IMG/VR virus record: IMGVR_UViG_3300032050_000002
Strand: one strand, 5' to 3'
DNA length: 64,000 nt
Source of the DNA: a virus
Taxonomy: Duplodnaviria; Caudoviricetes
The position numbers were made by a program, and so were the translations under genes. This document shows positions 10,051 to 19,731 of the stretch, one piece after another. Under the pieces are notes generated by a model that made no database searches, was not told the DNA's origin, and worked only from the letters and a program-made list of their open reading frames with translations. The number at the start of each line of letters is the position of its first letter. The stretch's first letter is position 1.

Positions 10051-10835
10051 ACGCACCAATAAGGTATTTTGGTAGTAAAGGAGGTTTCTACAACAAAATA
10101 ATTGAACACTTCCCAACCAAATCATATAAAACATACATTGAACCATTTGCCGGAACATTCATTGTCGGTCTTAAAAAACCAATAGCAAATGTAGAAATAT
10201 ATAATGACTTAGAAAAGAATGTATATTCGCTATACAAAGTAATATCAACACCGGAACTATTCAAAGAGTTTAAAGAAAAATGTGATTTGGTGTTTTACTC
10301 AGACGATATACGAAAAGAATACAAGGAAGAACTTAAAAAAGAATTATCAATAGTTGATAGAGCGTTTTACTTCTTCTATGTCAATAGAACATCCCATAAC
10401 GGAATAGGAGGATTCTCAATGAATACTCATGTAAGAAGAACTATGAGTAAAGCGGTATCTGACTTCTTATCATCAATAGATAGATTACCAGAATTACACG
10501 ACAGATTATCAAAAGTTATTATATCAAATACAGATGGTGTTGATTTAATCAACAAATATAATAATCCTGATACATTAATATATTGTGACCCACCTTATCA
10601 TCAATCAACCAGAACTGAGGCAAGGTACAAGGAAGATATGAATGATAAAAAACAAGAAGAATTTATTGACTCAGTCATCAATTCAAAATCTATGATATTA
10701 ATAAGTGGATATGAATGTGAACTATATAATAAATTAACAGATAATGGATTTACAAAACACCAATTTGAAGTTAAAACTATGGACGGTAACTTTAATAAGA
10801 AAACAAAGGTTGAAACTCTCTGGAAAAATTACTAA
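10047..10835 (+). CDS. Dam/D12-family adenine DNA methyltransferase
   Basis: RYFGSKG, YIEPFAG, YCDPPY. Confidence 0.9.
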   Translation: MNAPIRYFGSKGGFYNKIIEHFPTKSYKTYIEPFAGTFIVGLKKPIANVEIYNDLEKNVYSLYKVISTPELFKEFKEKCDLVFYSDDIRKEYKEELKKELSIVDRAFYFFYVNRTSHNGIGGFSMNTHVRRTMSKAVSDFLSSIDRLPELHDRLSKVIISNTDGVDLINKYNNPDTLIYCDPPYHQSTRTEARYKEDMNDKKQEEFIDSVINSKSMILISGYECELYNKLTDNGFTKHQFEVKTMDGNFNKKTKVETLWKNY

Positions 10836-10844
10836 ATTTAAAAT

Positions 10845-11693
10845 ATGAAAGAAATAGGAAAAATAATAAATGGGGATTGTACTGAAGTAATGAAAACATT
10901 ACCCGAATCCAGTATAGATTTAATTTGTACATCACCCCCTTACGGAGTTAATATCAATTATGATGTTCATAATGATGATATGACAATTGAAGAATACTTA
11001 GAATTTAGTGAAAAGTGGTTAACTGAGGCATACCGGGTTATGAAGGATGATGGTAGGATAGCCCTTAACATTCCATACGAGATAAACAGACAAGAAAAAG
11101 GTGGTAGGATATTTTTTGTGTCTGAAGTATATCAGGTTATGAAAAAGATTGGTTTTAAATTCTTTGGTATTGTTGACCTTGAAGAAGATAGTCCGCACAG
11201 AAGTAAAACAACCGCTTGGGGTTCTTGGATGAGTCCATCAAGTCCTTACATCTATAACCCAAAAGAATGTGTGATACTTGCTTACAAGAAACAACATATT
11301 AAAAAGGTTAAAGGTGAACCACAATGGAAAGGTGAAGTAATGGATGTTGAACAAGAAGACGGAACAACAAAAAAGAAAACAGTTTACCAAGAACAAGACA
11401 AGAAAGAATTTATGGAACTGGTGTTCGGACAATGGAAATACTTAAACGATTCAAGACCACTAACTAAGGCGACATTCTCAATGGACATTCCAACTAAAGC
11501 AATTAAAATATTAAGTTATAAAAATGATATTGTATTAGACCCATTTGCAGGTTCAGCAACAACTTGTGTGGCGGCTGAGATATTAGACCGAAGATGGATA
11601 GGTATTGAATTAAGTCCAAACTATGCACAAATTGCGATAGATAGGGTTAGAGCATTTGTTGAAGATAAACGACAATTAAAAATTGAAGTATAA
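10845..11693 (+). CDS. Beta-class N4/N6 DNA methyltransferase
   Basis: TSPPY precedes VLDPFAGSATT...IGIEL. Confidence 0.9.
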   Translation: MKEIGKIINGDCTEVMKTLPESSIDLICTSPPYGVNINYDVHNDDMTIEEYLEFSEKWLTEAYRVMKDDGRIALNIPYEINRQEKGGRIFFVSEVYQVMKKIGFKFFGIVDLEEDSPHRSKTTAWGSWMSPSSPYIYNPKECVILAYKKQHIKKVKGEPQWKGEVMDVEQEDGTTKKKTVYQEQDKKEFMELVFGQWKYLNDSRPLTKATFSMDIPTKAIKILSYKNDIVLDPFAGSATTCVAAEILDRRWIGIELSPNYAQIAIDRVRAFVEDKRQLKIEV

Positions 11694-11717
11694 AAGGAGG
11701 TTTAACCTCCTTTTTTT
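11692..11717 (+). terminator. Intrinsic terminator
   Basis: AAAAGGAGG-TTTAA-CCTCCTTTT plus T-run. Confidence 0.8.
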
Positions 11718-11739
11718 ATTTATATGATATTTATGTTTA

Positions 11740-12780
11740 ATGAGTGGAAAAATATTAATAACTGAAAATGAGAGAGAAGAAATTCTTAAATTATATTACA
11801 ACGCGATTAATAAAGAAATATCTGAACAATTAAAAATTAATACTAATATAACACAACAAAAACCTGACAACGAAAAAATTAAATGTTATTCTGAAATAGA
11901 ACCTTTATTTAACAAAGCAATCAATTATTGGAAAGAATGGTTAAATCATCCAACAACGATGGAAAAATTCAAAAATAATTTTGGTTATGACGAATCAAAG
12001 GTAAAAACTATATTCGATAGTTATATAGACACTTTAAATAAATTAGAATTAGTTGTATATAATGACAATGATATTAAAAGAAAAATATTGAAGTTCAAAA
12101 CAAAATCAGGTAGAAATGAGTCTCTTACAATTGATGGGGAAGAAAAAGATGATTACGCATTTGTTATAAATGAAACTAGATACATTTTTTTTGTTTTTGT
12201 AAATTGCTCTTCAGGAGACGAGGATGTTTACGGAACATTAATACATGAAATACAACATTCTTTATATAATAGAGTACACCCTCTAAACTCTGACCAAAAA
12301 ATAAAAGAATTATTTGTTGGTTCAAATACTAAAAAAGATACTCCGGCAACTTTATTTAAACAAAATAGTAAAGTTAATTCTAAAATTATTAGTGGTGAGA
12401 TGAATTTTTCTAAAATTGAGACCGAAAAAATTATGGGAGAATGGACAAGAATCTTAAATAAAACTTTAAGTGCTGGGGTTAGTAGAGAATATATTTGTTC
12501 TGAAACTGAAAAAATGTCAAACATACAAAGTATTAGAAATATACTTAACCTAAAACCTGGTGAAAATATTACAATTGAAATGTTACGACCTCATATATTA
12601 TTTGAGGCCGAACCCAAAGAAGACATCTTTTTCTTTTTTATGTGTTGGGCGGCAAATAATTTCCCTTCATTAAATAATATGATAAACAATTTGAATCAAT
12701 TAGCAAATAAAAATATACAAAAAAATAAACAAACACCGACTAATTTTGAATACAATCAAAATCAAATAAAAAACGTTTAA
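11740..12780 (+). CDS. Putative zincin metallopeptidase with ITE leader
   Basis: TLIHEIQH (HExxH) plus downstream SETEK; ATATTTAT at 11727. Confidence 0.5.
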   Translation: MSGKILITENEREEILKLYYNAINKEISEQLKINTNITQQKPDNEKIKCYSEIEPLFNKAINYWKEWLNHPTTMEKFKNNFGYDESKVKTIFDSYIDTLNKLELVVYNDNDIKRKILKFKTKSGRNESLTIDGEEKDDYAFVINETRYIFFVFVNCSSGDEDVYGTLIHEIQHSLYNRVHPLNSDQKIKELFVGSNTKKDTPATLFKQNSKVNSKIISGEMNFSKIETEKIMGEWTRILNKTLSAGVSREYICSETEKMSNIQSIRNILNLKPGENITIEMLRPHILFEAEPKEDIFFFFMCWAANNFPSLNNMINNLNQLANKNIQKNKQTPTNFEYNQNQIKNV

Positions 12781-12784
12781 AAAT

Positions 12785-13867
12785 ATGAAAAAAATAACAC
12801 TTAAAGAATCTGATTTAAAAGAAAAATTTTGTGAGATTTACAAAGAAGAACAAATTAAAATATTAGAAGAAAAATGGAGTAAAACATCTGAATCCGATAA
12901 ATTATTTGTGATAGAATTTATAAAACAATTGTATCCTGAAAAATCTAAAATGATTTCAGAATCAAAATGGTACAATACCGTAGGAGATATCTTAGGGTTT
13001 TTCGACCCAACAGGGGTTGTTGACATATTAAACGGAATTAGTTATTGGAGACAAGGAGATAAGTTATTTGCAATATTATCTTGGATATCGGCGGTACCTA
13101 TAATTGGTGATGTAATTGGTAAATCTGTTATGGGTTTATTTAAAATGGGTAGGTCAGGAGCGAAGTTATTTAAAAAAGCCGCTTTAGCGGGAGACTTTGT
13201 AAAAATGGGGGAAATTGCCGCTAAAGGAGGACCACTTAAAGGTTTATTAAGTAAAGTAACACAATGGGCACCTAAAATATTAGAACCGTTAAAAAAATTA
13301 ATTGGTAAAGTTCCATTTGTTGGAACAGGATTTGTTAAAATGGTGGATGATTATATTAAATTATTTAAAGACGCTTCAAGGTCTATGGACCAAGGGGCTC
13401 AAGTCGCAACTTATTTAACCAAAAAAATGGCGACTAAAACGTTAACAGATATTGAAAAGAAAACATTAAAAAAGGCTATAGAACAAGCGACAACATTTAG
13501 AGGTTTTAGAGATTTTACAGGTAAAGGTGGTTTTGCTGCGGGTATGGGTAGATTGTGGGGTAATAGAGGAACAAGAGGTCTTATGAGAAGAACTAGATGG
13601 TATTTAGGTTTATTAGATTATATTGGTTTAGGTAATTTTGTTGGACCTGAAGAACTTGAACAAAAGGTGCCTGATATAGAATCAAAAATTAACGAATATA
13701 ATAAAACCGCTGAAGCGGAAAATAATATTAAACAAGATTTAGGTTCTGAATATGTAACACAACAAGAACCATCGGTACCACCACCCACAGAACCTAGTAA
13801 GGGTAAGGAAGTTGCCAAAGATTTATTTTCAATGGTATTCCCAGAATTAGGATTAATAATGAAATAA
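12785..13867 (+). CDS. Leader-bearing protein with pre-toxin-TG-like hydrophobic hairpin
   Basis: MKKITLKESDL; DILGFFDPTGVVDILNG..GD..AILSWISAVPIIGD. Confidence 0.5.
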   Translation: MKKITLKESDLKEKFCEIYKEEQIKILEEKWSKTSESDKLFVIEFIKQLYPEKSKMISESKWYNTVGDILGFFDPTGVVDILNGISYWRQGDKLFAILSWISAVPIIGDVIGKSVMGLFKMGRSGAKLFKKAALAGDFVKMGEIAAKGGPLKGLLSKVTQWAPKILEPLKKLIGKVPFVGTGFVKMVDDYIKLFKDASRSMDQGAQVATYLTKKMATKTLTDIEKKTLKKAIEQATTFRGFRDFTGKGGFAAGMGRLWGNRGTRGLMRRTRWYLGLLDYIGLGNFVGPEELEQKVPDIESKINEYNKTAEAENNIKQDLGSEYVTQQEPSVPPPTEPSKGKEVAKDLFSMVFPELGLIMK

Positions 13868-13883
13868 TGATTATGAAAAAAAT

Positions 13884-14639
13884 ATGATTTTATCAATTTG
13901 GAAACCTAAATATAAAAAAGTTAAAAGATTAAACACTATTGAATATTATGAGATGGTTGGCTTTGATTTTTTAAATGAGAAGAAAAATAAAGATTTAATC
14001 GTTATATATAAATGTGATAGATGTTGTTCCGATGAAACTCATACTACTCGCTCTCACGTTTTTTTTAATGAAAATTATAAACTTAATGACATTAAAAATC
14101 AAACTTGTAGAAGTTGTAGGTCGTCAATATCTGAATATGAGATTAAAAAAAGTTTTATACCTTTTAGTGTCGTTAGCGATTCAATAAAGAATAGTAATTA
14201 CGAGCTAATCACCACTGAAAAAACATACAATGTTTCTAAAAATAAATCTCAATTAAAACTTAACATTATTTGCACTAATGGACATAACATTACGGCGACG
14301 TGGAATAACTGGTCTAAAGGTAAAAGATGTCGTATATGTTACGATAAAGACAGACTTGATAATGCTGTTAAAAATAAAAATGGATGGAGAAGATATAAAT
14401 TTTTAGTTTGGAATTACACTGAAAAATCCTATAAAGAATATTATAATGAAATAAACCCATTAAAACATAAAAGAGGGAAATTTTTCCATTTAGACCATAT
14501 ATATTCAATATATGATGGGTTTTTAAATAATATATCACCTAAAATCATAGGAGGGTTTAAAAATCTTAGAATTATATTAAGTGAGGAAAATTTAACAAAA
14601 GGTAAAAAAAGTCATATAAAATTAAATCAAATTATATAA
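13884..14639 (+). CDS. HNH-like endonuclease with zinc-ribbon repeats
   Basis: CxxC pairs, CTNGH...CRIC, HLDHIYS...NLRII...N. Confidence 0.7.
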   Translation: MILSIWKPKYKKVKRLNTIEYYEMVGFDFLNEKKNKDLIVIYKCDRCCSDETHTTRSHVFFNENYKLNDIKNQTCRSCRSSISEYEIKKSFIPFSVVSDSIKNSNYELITTEKTYNVSKNKSQLKLNIICTNGHNITATWNNWSKGKRCRICYDKDRLDNAVKNKNGWRRYKFLVWNYTEKSYKEYYNEINPLKHKRGKFFHLDHIYSIYDGFLNNISPKIIGGFKNLRIILSEENLTKGKKSHIKLNQII

Positions 14640-14640
14640 T

Positions 14641-16050
14641 ATGAAAAAATTAATTAAAGAATCGGGAATAAGAGATATTAATAAATTAAGAAAAGAATTC
14701 AAAGACGTTGTAATTGTGACACATATGGACCTTGACGGTGTCGTCTCGGCCGTAGGAATGAAATATTATTTTGAAAATAACGGATTTAAAGTTATTGACG
14801 TTCAAATAATCCAATATGGTGATAAAGAATGGTCATTGAAAAAATCGAACCCCGACAAAAAAATACTTTATTGCTTATGCGATTTTGCTCATGGAAAACC
14901 TATGTTTACAATACACTTGGACCATCACGATAGGCAGGCCGGTGCGGGAGAAACAAAATCAACATCATTTAGACAAGCGAGGTCAAATATCGAAACAATT
15001 TCACAAATAGTTTCACCAAAAGATTTATTTCCAAATCAAGATATACTATTAATCTCAACGGTTGACTCGGCAAATTATGCGGTTCAAAACATATCTGTTG
15101 ACCAAGTGATTAATTATCTATTTAGATTAGATAAAGATTCTTCCGCAAGTAGAAATAAAATGATGATGGGTTTAGTTGCGAATAAATTATTATTAGCGTT
15201 TAAAAATAAACCCGGATTCTTAGAAGAGGTTATTATGACATCAACACCCTCTTTACTTAATATTCTTTTAAATATTAAAAGAATAATGGTAGAAAAAGGA
15301 TATGCTAGTACCGAAACATTACAGAAAAACAAAGAATCTTATATCGAACAAATGAAATCACATCCAAATGTTAAAGTTATGGATAATATCATTGTTCAGT
15401 ATGGTGGTGGTAAAATGACATCACCGGGCTCATACGACAGATATACACCATTTAAGAATAATCCTGAAGCTGACTTTTTAGTAATCGCGTGGCCGTTAGG
15501 ATTAGTTCAAGCGTCTTGTAATCCATTTAAAAAAGAAAGAGAATTAAAAGGGGTTAATTTAGGTGAGATTGCTCAAGAAGTATTATCTAAATGGGAAGGA
15601 CAGTTAAAACAAAAAGAAGTTCCATTATCAACAATTAAATGGATTTCAGAAAGCTCAAAAGATTTCACAAGCGAATCAGTTGGTTTCACATTTAAAGATT
15701 TTGTTGCTTTATATGGTAATAAATATAAAACAATGGAAGGTGGAAAACAAACATTAAGAGATATTGGTGAAATTATGGAAACGCCATTTACAGAATTATC
15801 AGAAGATGAAAAAGAATTTTTAGACGGGATTACAATTAATGCTTGGGATTTAATTCAGGCCGGCAGTGGGGGTCATCGATGTATTACAAACGTCTCGAAT
15901 TTAAATTACTTAGGAAGAAGTAAAAGACCACCTGAAGGTAAATACAAATACGACCCAAACAAAGAGGACGCTCCTTATGTTAAGTTTACAAAAATGATAC
16001 AGGCGGAATTCGTAAGAGTATTACAAGAGAAGATTAGTAGTTCAAAATGA
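14641..16050 (+). CDS. DHH-family phosphoesterase
   Basis: HMDLDG, CDF, LDHH motifs; leader LIKE. Confidence 0.75.
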   Translation: MKKLIKESGIRDINKLRKEFKDVVIVTHMDLDGVVSAVGMKYYFENNGFKVIDVQIIQYGDKEWSLKKSNPDKKILYCLCDFAHGKPMFTIHLDHHDRQAGAGETKSTSFRQARSNIETISQIVSPKDLFPNQDILLISTVDSANYAVQNISVDQVINYLFRLDKDSSASRNKMMMGLVANKLLLAFKNKPGFLEEVIMTSTPSLLNILLNIKRIMVEKGYASTETLQKNKESYIEQMKSHPNVKVMDNIIVQYGGGKMTSPGSYDRYTPFKNNPEADFLVIAWPLGLVQASCNPFKKERELKGVNLGEIAQEVLSKWEGQLKQKEVPLSTIKWISESSKDFTSESVGFTFKDFVALYGNKYKTMEGGKQTLRDIGEIMETPFTELSEDEKEFLDGITINAWDLIQAGSGGHRCITNVSNLNYLGRSKRPPEGKYKYDPNKEDAPYVKFTKMIQAEFVRVLQEKISSSK

Positions 16051-16394
16051 AATTCATAATAACAGAAAATAAAATACAAAAAGTTGCATTTAAATTTATG
16101 AACTCTTTATTTAGTCCAGACCAGTTGGAAATTGTTACGTCAGAAAAATATCCAGATTCAATTTTCTTTATGAAAAATGGTGTGGTTGTTATGGAACAGG
16201 ATAAAAGAAATCAAGATTTTTATTTTGATTATTATGAAATTTGGTCATTTTTTGAATTGCTTTTCGGTATGGGATTCAAACAAATACAGGATGTTATGAG
16301 ATACTGGTTGGAGGAGACTCTCAAATTAGAGGGTTATACACCATTCCAAACTGTTTCGACTCTCCAAAGTGGTTGGAGGAGACTCTCAAATTAA
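16047..16394 (+). CDS. MKFIITE-family small protein
   Basis: Paralog of 54863, 57151, 57517, 59824. Confidence 0.75.
   Translation: MKFIITENKIQKVAFKFMNSLFSPDQLEIVTSEKYPDSIFFMKNGVVVMEQDKRNQDFYFDYYEIWSFFELLFGMGFKQIQDVMRYWLEETLKLEGYTPFQTVSTLQSGWRRLSN
16305..16393 (+). repeat. Two-copy repeat-spacer unit, 65-bp period
   Basis: TGGTTGGAGGAGACTCTCAAATTA identical at 16305 and 16370. Confidence 0.85.
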
Positions 16395-16727
16395 AACCTC
16401 ATCACCCTCTCTAATATCTAATTTTCTACAAGTTTTACCCCTTAACTCAAGGATAGTTTCACCTGTGCCGCAATAGTTTTTACATTCTTCAGAAAGACAA
16501 GGTTTGCAATTATGATGTATTTTAGTAATAATATTACCCTCAATAAAAATAATATCCAAAGGTATAATACAATTCTTCATCCAAAAACAATGTTGTCCTT
16601 CATCCATTAGAAACAACATACCATTAAAGGTCTCATCAAAATCTCTACCCATCATACCCCTTTGAGTTTCTTTTGGGGTCTTCGCTATTTTTACTTTGAA
16701 CTTGTTTCCGTTAATACTTAATCTCAT
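16386..16727 (-). CDS. DUF192 family protein
   Basis: KIAKTPKETQRGMM...GMLF...FWMKNCIIPLDIIFI. Confidence 0.85.
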   Translation of the reverse strand: MRLSINGNKFKVKIAKTPKETQRGMMGRDFDETFNGMLFLMDEGQHCFWMKNCIIPLDIIFIEGNIITKIHHNCKPCLSEECKNYCGTGETILELRGKTCRKLDIREGDEVLI

Positions 16728-16895
16728 ACCAATAAATATTAAGAAATTAATAAAAGAATTTTTGACTTTTTTAAATTAACCATATATTTATTATTACAAA
16801 CCAAATAACCCCTTTCTAAATTAATTGGTAGTTTAAACCCTGAAATCGTAAAAAAATTTTGGGGTTTTTTATTTTTTACCTATCTTTGTATTCTA

Positions 16896-17330
16896 ATGTT
16901 AAAAAATACCACAATAGAAAACAGGTCAGCAACCTACAATTTCTTTTTAGAAGAGAAATTTACCGCAGGAATATCTTTATTCGGACCTGAAGTTAAATCC
17001 ATTAGAAACGGAGATGTAAGTATCAAGGAATCATTCTGTTACGTTAAAGATGGTGAGATATGGATTAAAAATATGTATATCAAACATTATGAACATTCAA
17101 GGATTGAATTTGATTCTAAAAGAGATAGAAAACTTTTGTTAAAAAAGAAGGAAATTCGTAAAATAGAATCATTCTTAATAGACAAAGGTAAAACTCTAAT
17201 ACCTGTTAGAATTGAGGTTGGAAAATTAATTAAGGTTGTGATATCGATTGCAAAAGGTAAAAAGAACTATGATAAACGAAACACAATAAGGGAGAGGGAT
17301 TTAGACCGTCAAAATAAATTTGGTGAATAG
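16896..17330 (+). CDS. smpB: SsrA-binding protein SmpB
   Basis: IENRSATYNF..EKFTAGISLFGPEVKSIR...RDRKLLLKKKEI...KGKKNYDKR. Confidence 0.93.
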   Translation: MLKNTTIENRSATYNFFLEEKFTAGISLFGPEVKSIRNGDVSIKESFCYVKDGEIWIKNMYIKHYEHSRIEFDSKRDRKLLLKKKEIRKIESFLIDKGKTLIPVRIEVGKLIKVVISIAKGKKNYDKRNTIRERDLDRQNKFGE

Positions 17331-17370
17331 AAAAAAACTTTGTATCTTTGTATTAATAAAAATAAGAACT

Positions 17371-17694
17371 ATGAATGAAATTGGAAACTATACGGCAATT
17401 TACGGAAATATGATTTACACGGTTAACGATGTTAACTATGTTGCAACTAATGAAAGAAGACTTTTTTACAAAATAGGTACAGACGGGAAATACTCTAAAC
17501 TTGTGTTATCCATACCTAACAAAGGTAGTATAATCATTAAAAATGGTGAAGGAGTGTCTATGAGTGTAAATAAAGATATTCAAACTCCTGATATTGTTGA
17601 AACAACTAACGTTAAAAAGGTTGTAAATAACAACGATTCAAATGAAGTGGAAGCCTTTGCAGCAGGGGCTGTTGTGGGAGCAATTTTATTCTAA
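17371..17694 (+). CDS. Hypothetical protein
   Basis: Start reassigned downstream of host-type promoter. Confidence 0.7.
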   Translation: MNEIGNYTAIYGNMIYTVNDVNYVATNERRLFYKIGTDGKYSKLVLSIPNKGSIIIKNGEGVSMSVNKDIQTPDIVETTNVKKVVNNNDSNEVEAFAAGAVVGAILF

Positions 17695-17736
17695 AATAAA
17701 TTTGGTGGATTAAAAAACATTTTGTATCTTTGTATT

Positions 17737-18255
17737 ATGAAAAACGAACTACCATACTGTAAAAATTCTGACGGAATAATAGGTTACGAGGAATCGGTAA
17801 TCGCTAAATCAGAAACCAATGATTGTGTTGTTAGAGCATTTGCTTCGGCTTTCACAATGAATTATGATGATGCTCATTCATACGTTAAAACACATTTTAG
17901 AAGAGAGAATAGAAAGGGAGTTCAACGGTATGGTAGTTTAATGAACCGAAACGCTCTTATTAGAGAACTAATAAATAACAAATACCTTAAAGCAATCGGT
18001 AAAGAGACAGGTGTTAACAGTCTAAATGGAGCTCCAATACTTACGTTAAGTTATCCCGTTAAAGTTAAAGGTGTGAAAAAAGAACGTAAAATGACCGTTG
18101 GTATGTTCACAAAAGTTCATCCTATGGGAACATATATTTTAATGGTTAAAGAACATACATTCACGATTAAAAATGGGGTTGTTTACGGTAATGAACGAGA
18201 CTCAAAGCAACTTAAAAAAGTTGTTATTGCGGCTTGGGAAGTAATTGATTTTTAA
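17737..18255 (+). CDS. Hypothetical protein with NDCVVRA...H motif (possible papain-like fold)
   Basis: Cys and His motif spacing; ATG 4 nt after TATCTTTG. Confidence 0.45.
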   Translation: MKNELPYCKNSDGIIGYEESVIAKSETNDCVVRAFASAFTMNYDDAHSYVKTHFRRENRKGVQRYGSLMNRNALIRELINNKYLKAIGKETGVNSLNGAPILTLSYPVKVKGVKKERKMTVGMFTKVHPMGTYILMVKEHTFTIKNGVVYGNERDSKQLKKVVIAAWEVIDF

Positions 18256-18260
18256 ATAAT

Positions 18261-18581
18261 ATGGACATAAAAAATAATTTTAACCCTTGGTATTATTATC
18301 TTAACGAAGAACTGATTAAGAAAAAGAAACCAATTAAACCTGGTGAGTTTGTTCACCTTCATACCTACGATGGTTGTTTTATGGTATATAACGTTGGATT
18401 AACCCATTTTACCGTGATTAAAAACCGAAGGTATGTAAACATTCCTTGGAGTGATTTTAGATGTAAAAAAGGAGAAGGAAACAGTGATAAAACCGTTATT
18501 AAACGGTCAATTAAAAATATCGATAACATTAAGTTAGAATTAGATAATTTAAAATTTAATCTTTTAAATTTGGTAAATTAA
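18261..18581 (+). CDS. Hypothetical protein
   Basis: ORF track. Confidence 0.7.
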   Translation: MDIKNNFNPWYYYLNEELIKKKKPIKPGEFVHLHTYDGCFMVYNVGLTHFTVIKNRRYVNIPWSDFRCKKGEGNSDKTVIKRSIKNIDNIKLELDNLKFNLLNLVN

Positions 18582-18618
18582 AAATTAATTTGTATATTTG
18601 TATTATAAAATTAAAGTA

Positions 18619-19383
18619 ATGGAAACAACAACATCAACAATAAAACAGAGAACCAAAGAACATATCAAATCTCAATTTCATTTAACCGAAGTTAAAGCTA
18701 AAAAATATAAAGACGATAAAGACAAAGAAGAGAAAATTTGGAGAGATTACTTTGATGACATCAAAAAACATAGTAATAATTTTGAATTAATTTCAAAACC
18801 AATGAAAGAAGTTTTCAATGTCAATGCTTATAATGTTGATGAAAATGGTGAATTACTTTACTCATTAGGTTCGGTTACTGTTGGAGAAATTGTTAAGGAA
18901 TATAACATTATGTCGATTAAATATATCGGTCAGTTACCTCCTAATATTAGCTCGTGGCTTGTTCCAAAAGTGGATATTGAAGAACATATCACTTATGGAA
19001 GACGTGGATTTGGTAGAACAAATCACGGTTATAAACTAAGAGTTGAAGATAATTTTGGTAAACAAAAATATTATAAAACAGGTAAGAAAATTGTTGAGAT
19101 TGTTGAAGAATATGTTGAATCTAAGTGGGATGACCATAGACGTAATTTAAAATTACAGGATATTAAAACAAGAGCTGCTGAAATTTTAAAAGAAAGATAT
19201 AAGTATTCTATTATAAGTTTTAGTGAAGGAGTTTACACTATTAAACATCTTAACGGGATTTCTGTTAGTGTTGGATACCGAGAGGATGAAAAGGGAGAAG
19301 TTGTATTTGACCTTAAAAAAGTTAACCTAATCCCTAAACAACATGATGTTAATAAAATTATTGATGAATTAGGAAAATTATAA
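18619..19383 (+). CDS. Hypothetical protein
   Basis: Start reassigned after TATATTTG promoter. Confidence 0.75.
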   Translation: METTTSTIKQRTKEHIKSQFHLTEVKAKKYKDDKDKEEKIWRDYFDDIKKHSNNFELISKPMKEVFNVNAYNVDENGELLYSLGSVTVGEIVKEYNIMSIKYIGQLPPNISSWLVPKVDIEEHITYGRRGFGRTNHGYKLRVEDNFGKQKYYKTGKKIVEIVEEYVESKWDDHRRNLKLQDIKTRAAEILKERYKYSIISFSEGVYTIKHLNGISVSVGYREDEKGEVVFDLKKVNLIPKQHDVNKIIDELGKL

Positions 19384-19404
19384 AATAATTCTTATCTTTG
19401 TAGT

Positions 19405-19680
19405 ATGAATACGATAAATTATAACATAAAAATTGAGAGTGAAAAGTTTGGTAAACTTATGGATGAGACTTTTGTTGATAGAACACAGTTCAAACTTTTC
19501 CTTAAAATGATACACGGATGTTTAGAACTTAAAAACGACCTTGTGTTTTTCAATGGAGATGACTTTTTGGTGAACATTCCGTACAAGTATCTATCTCAAT
19601 CAATAATCTTAACAACATCTAAACCTTATGAGTTCACAGAACACGTTAGAAGTAAAATTGAGGCACTTGTTACAAAGTAA
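19405..19680 (+). CDS. Hypothetical protein
   Basis: ATG 4 nt after TATCTTTG. Confidence 0.75.
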   Translation: MNTINYNIKIESEKFGKLMDETFVDRTQFKLFLKMIHGCLELKNDLVFFNGDDFLVNIPYKYLSQSIILTTSKPYEFTEHVRSKIEALVTK

Positions 19681-19731
19681 CGTTTCCTTGTTCGTAAATA
19701 AGGTGGTGGACAAACCCGTGTGGGTCCTATG

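Noticed and set aside
17722-17736. MYLCIM-type N-termini in the ORF track (also 38039, 62898-63125, 24649)
   Set aside because: These are translations of the TTGTATCTTTGTATT promoter; the real starts are downstream.
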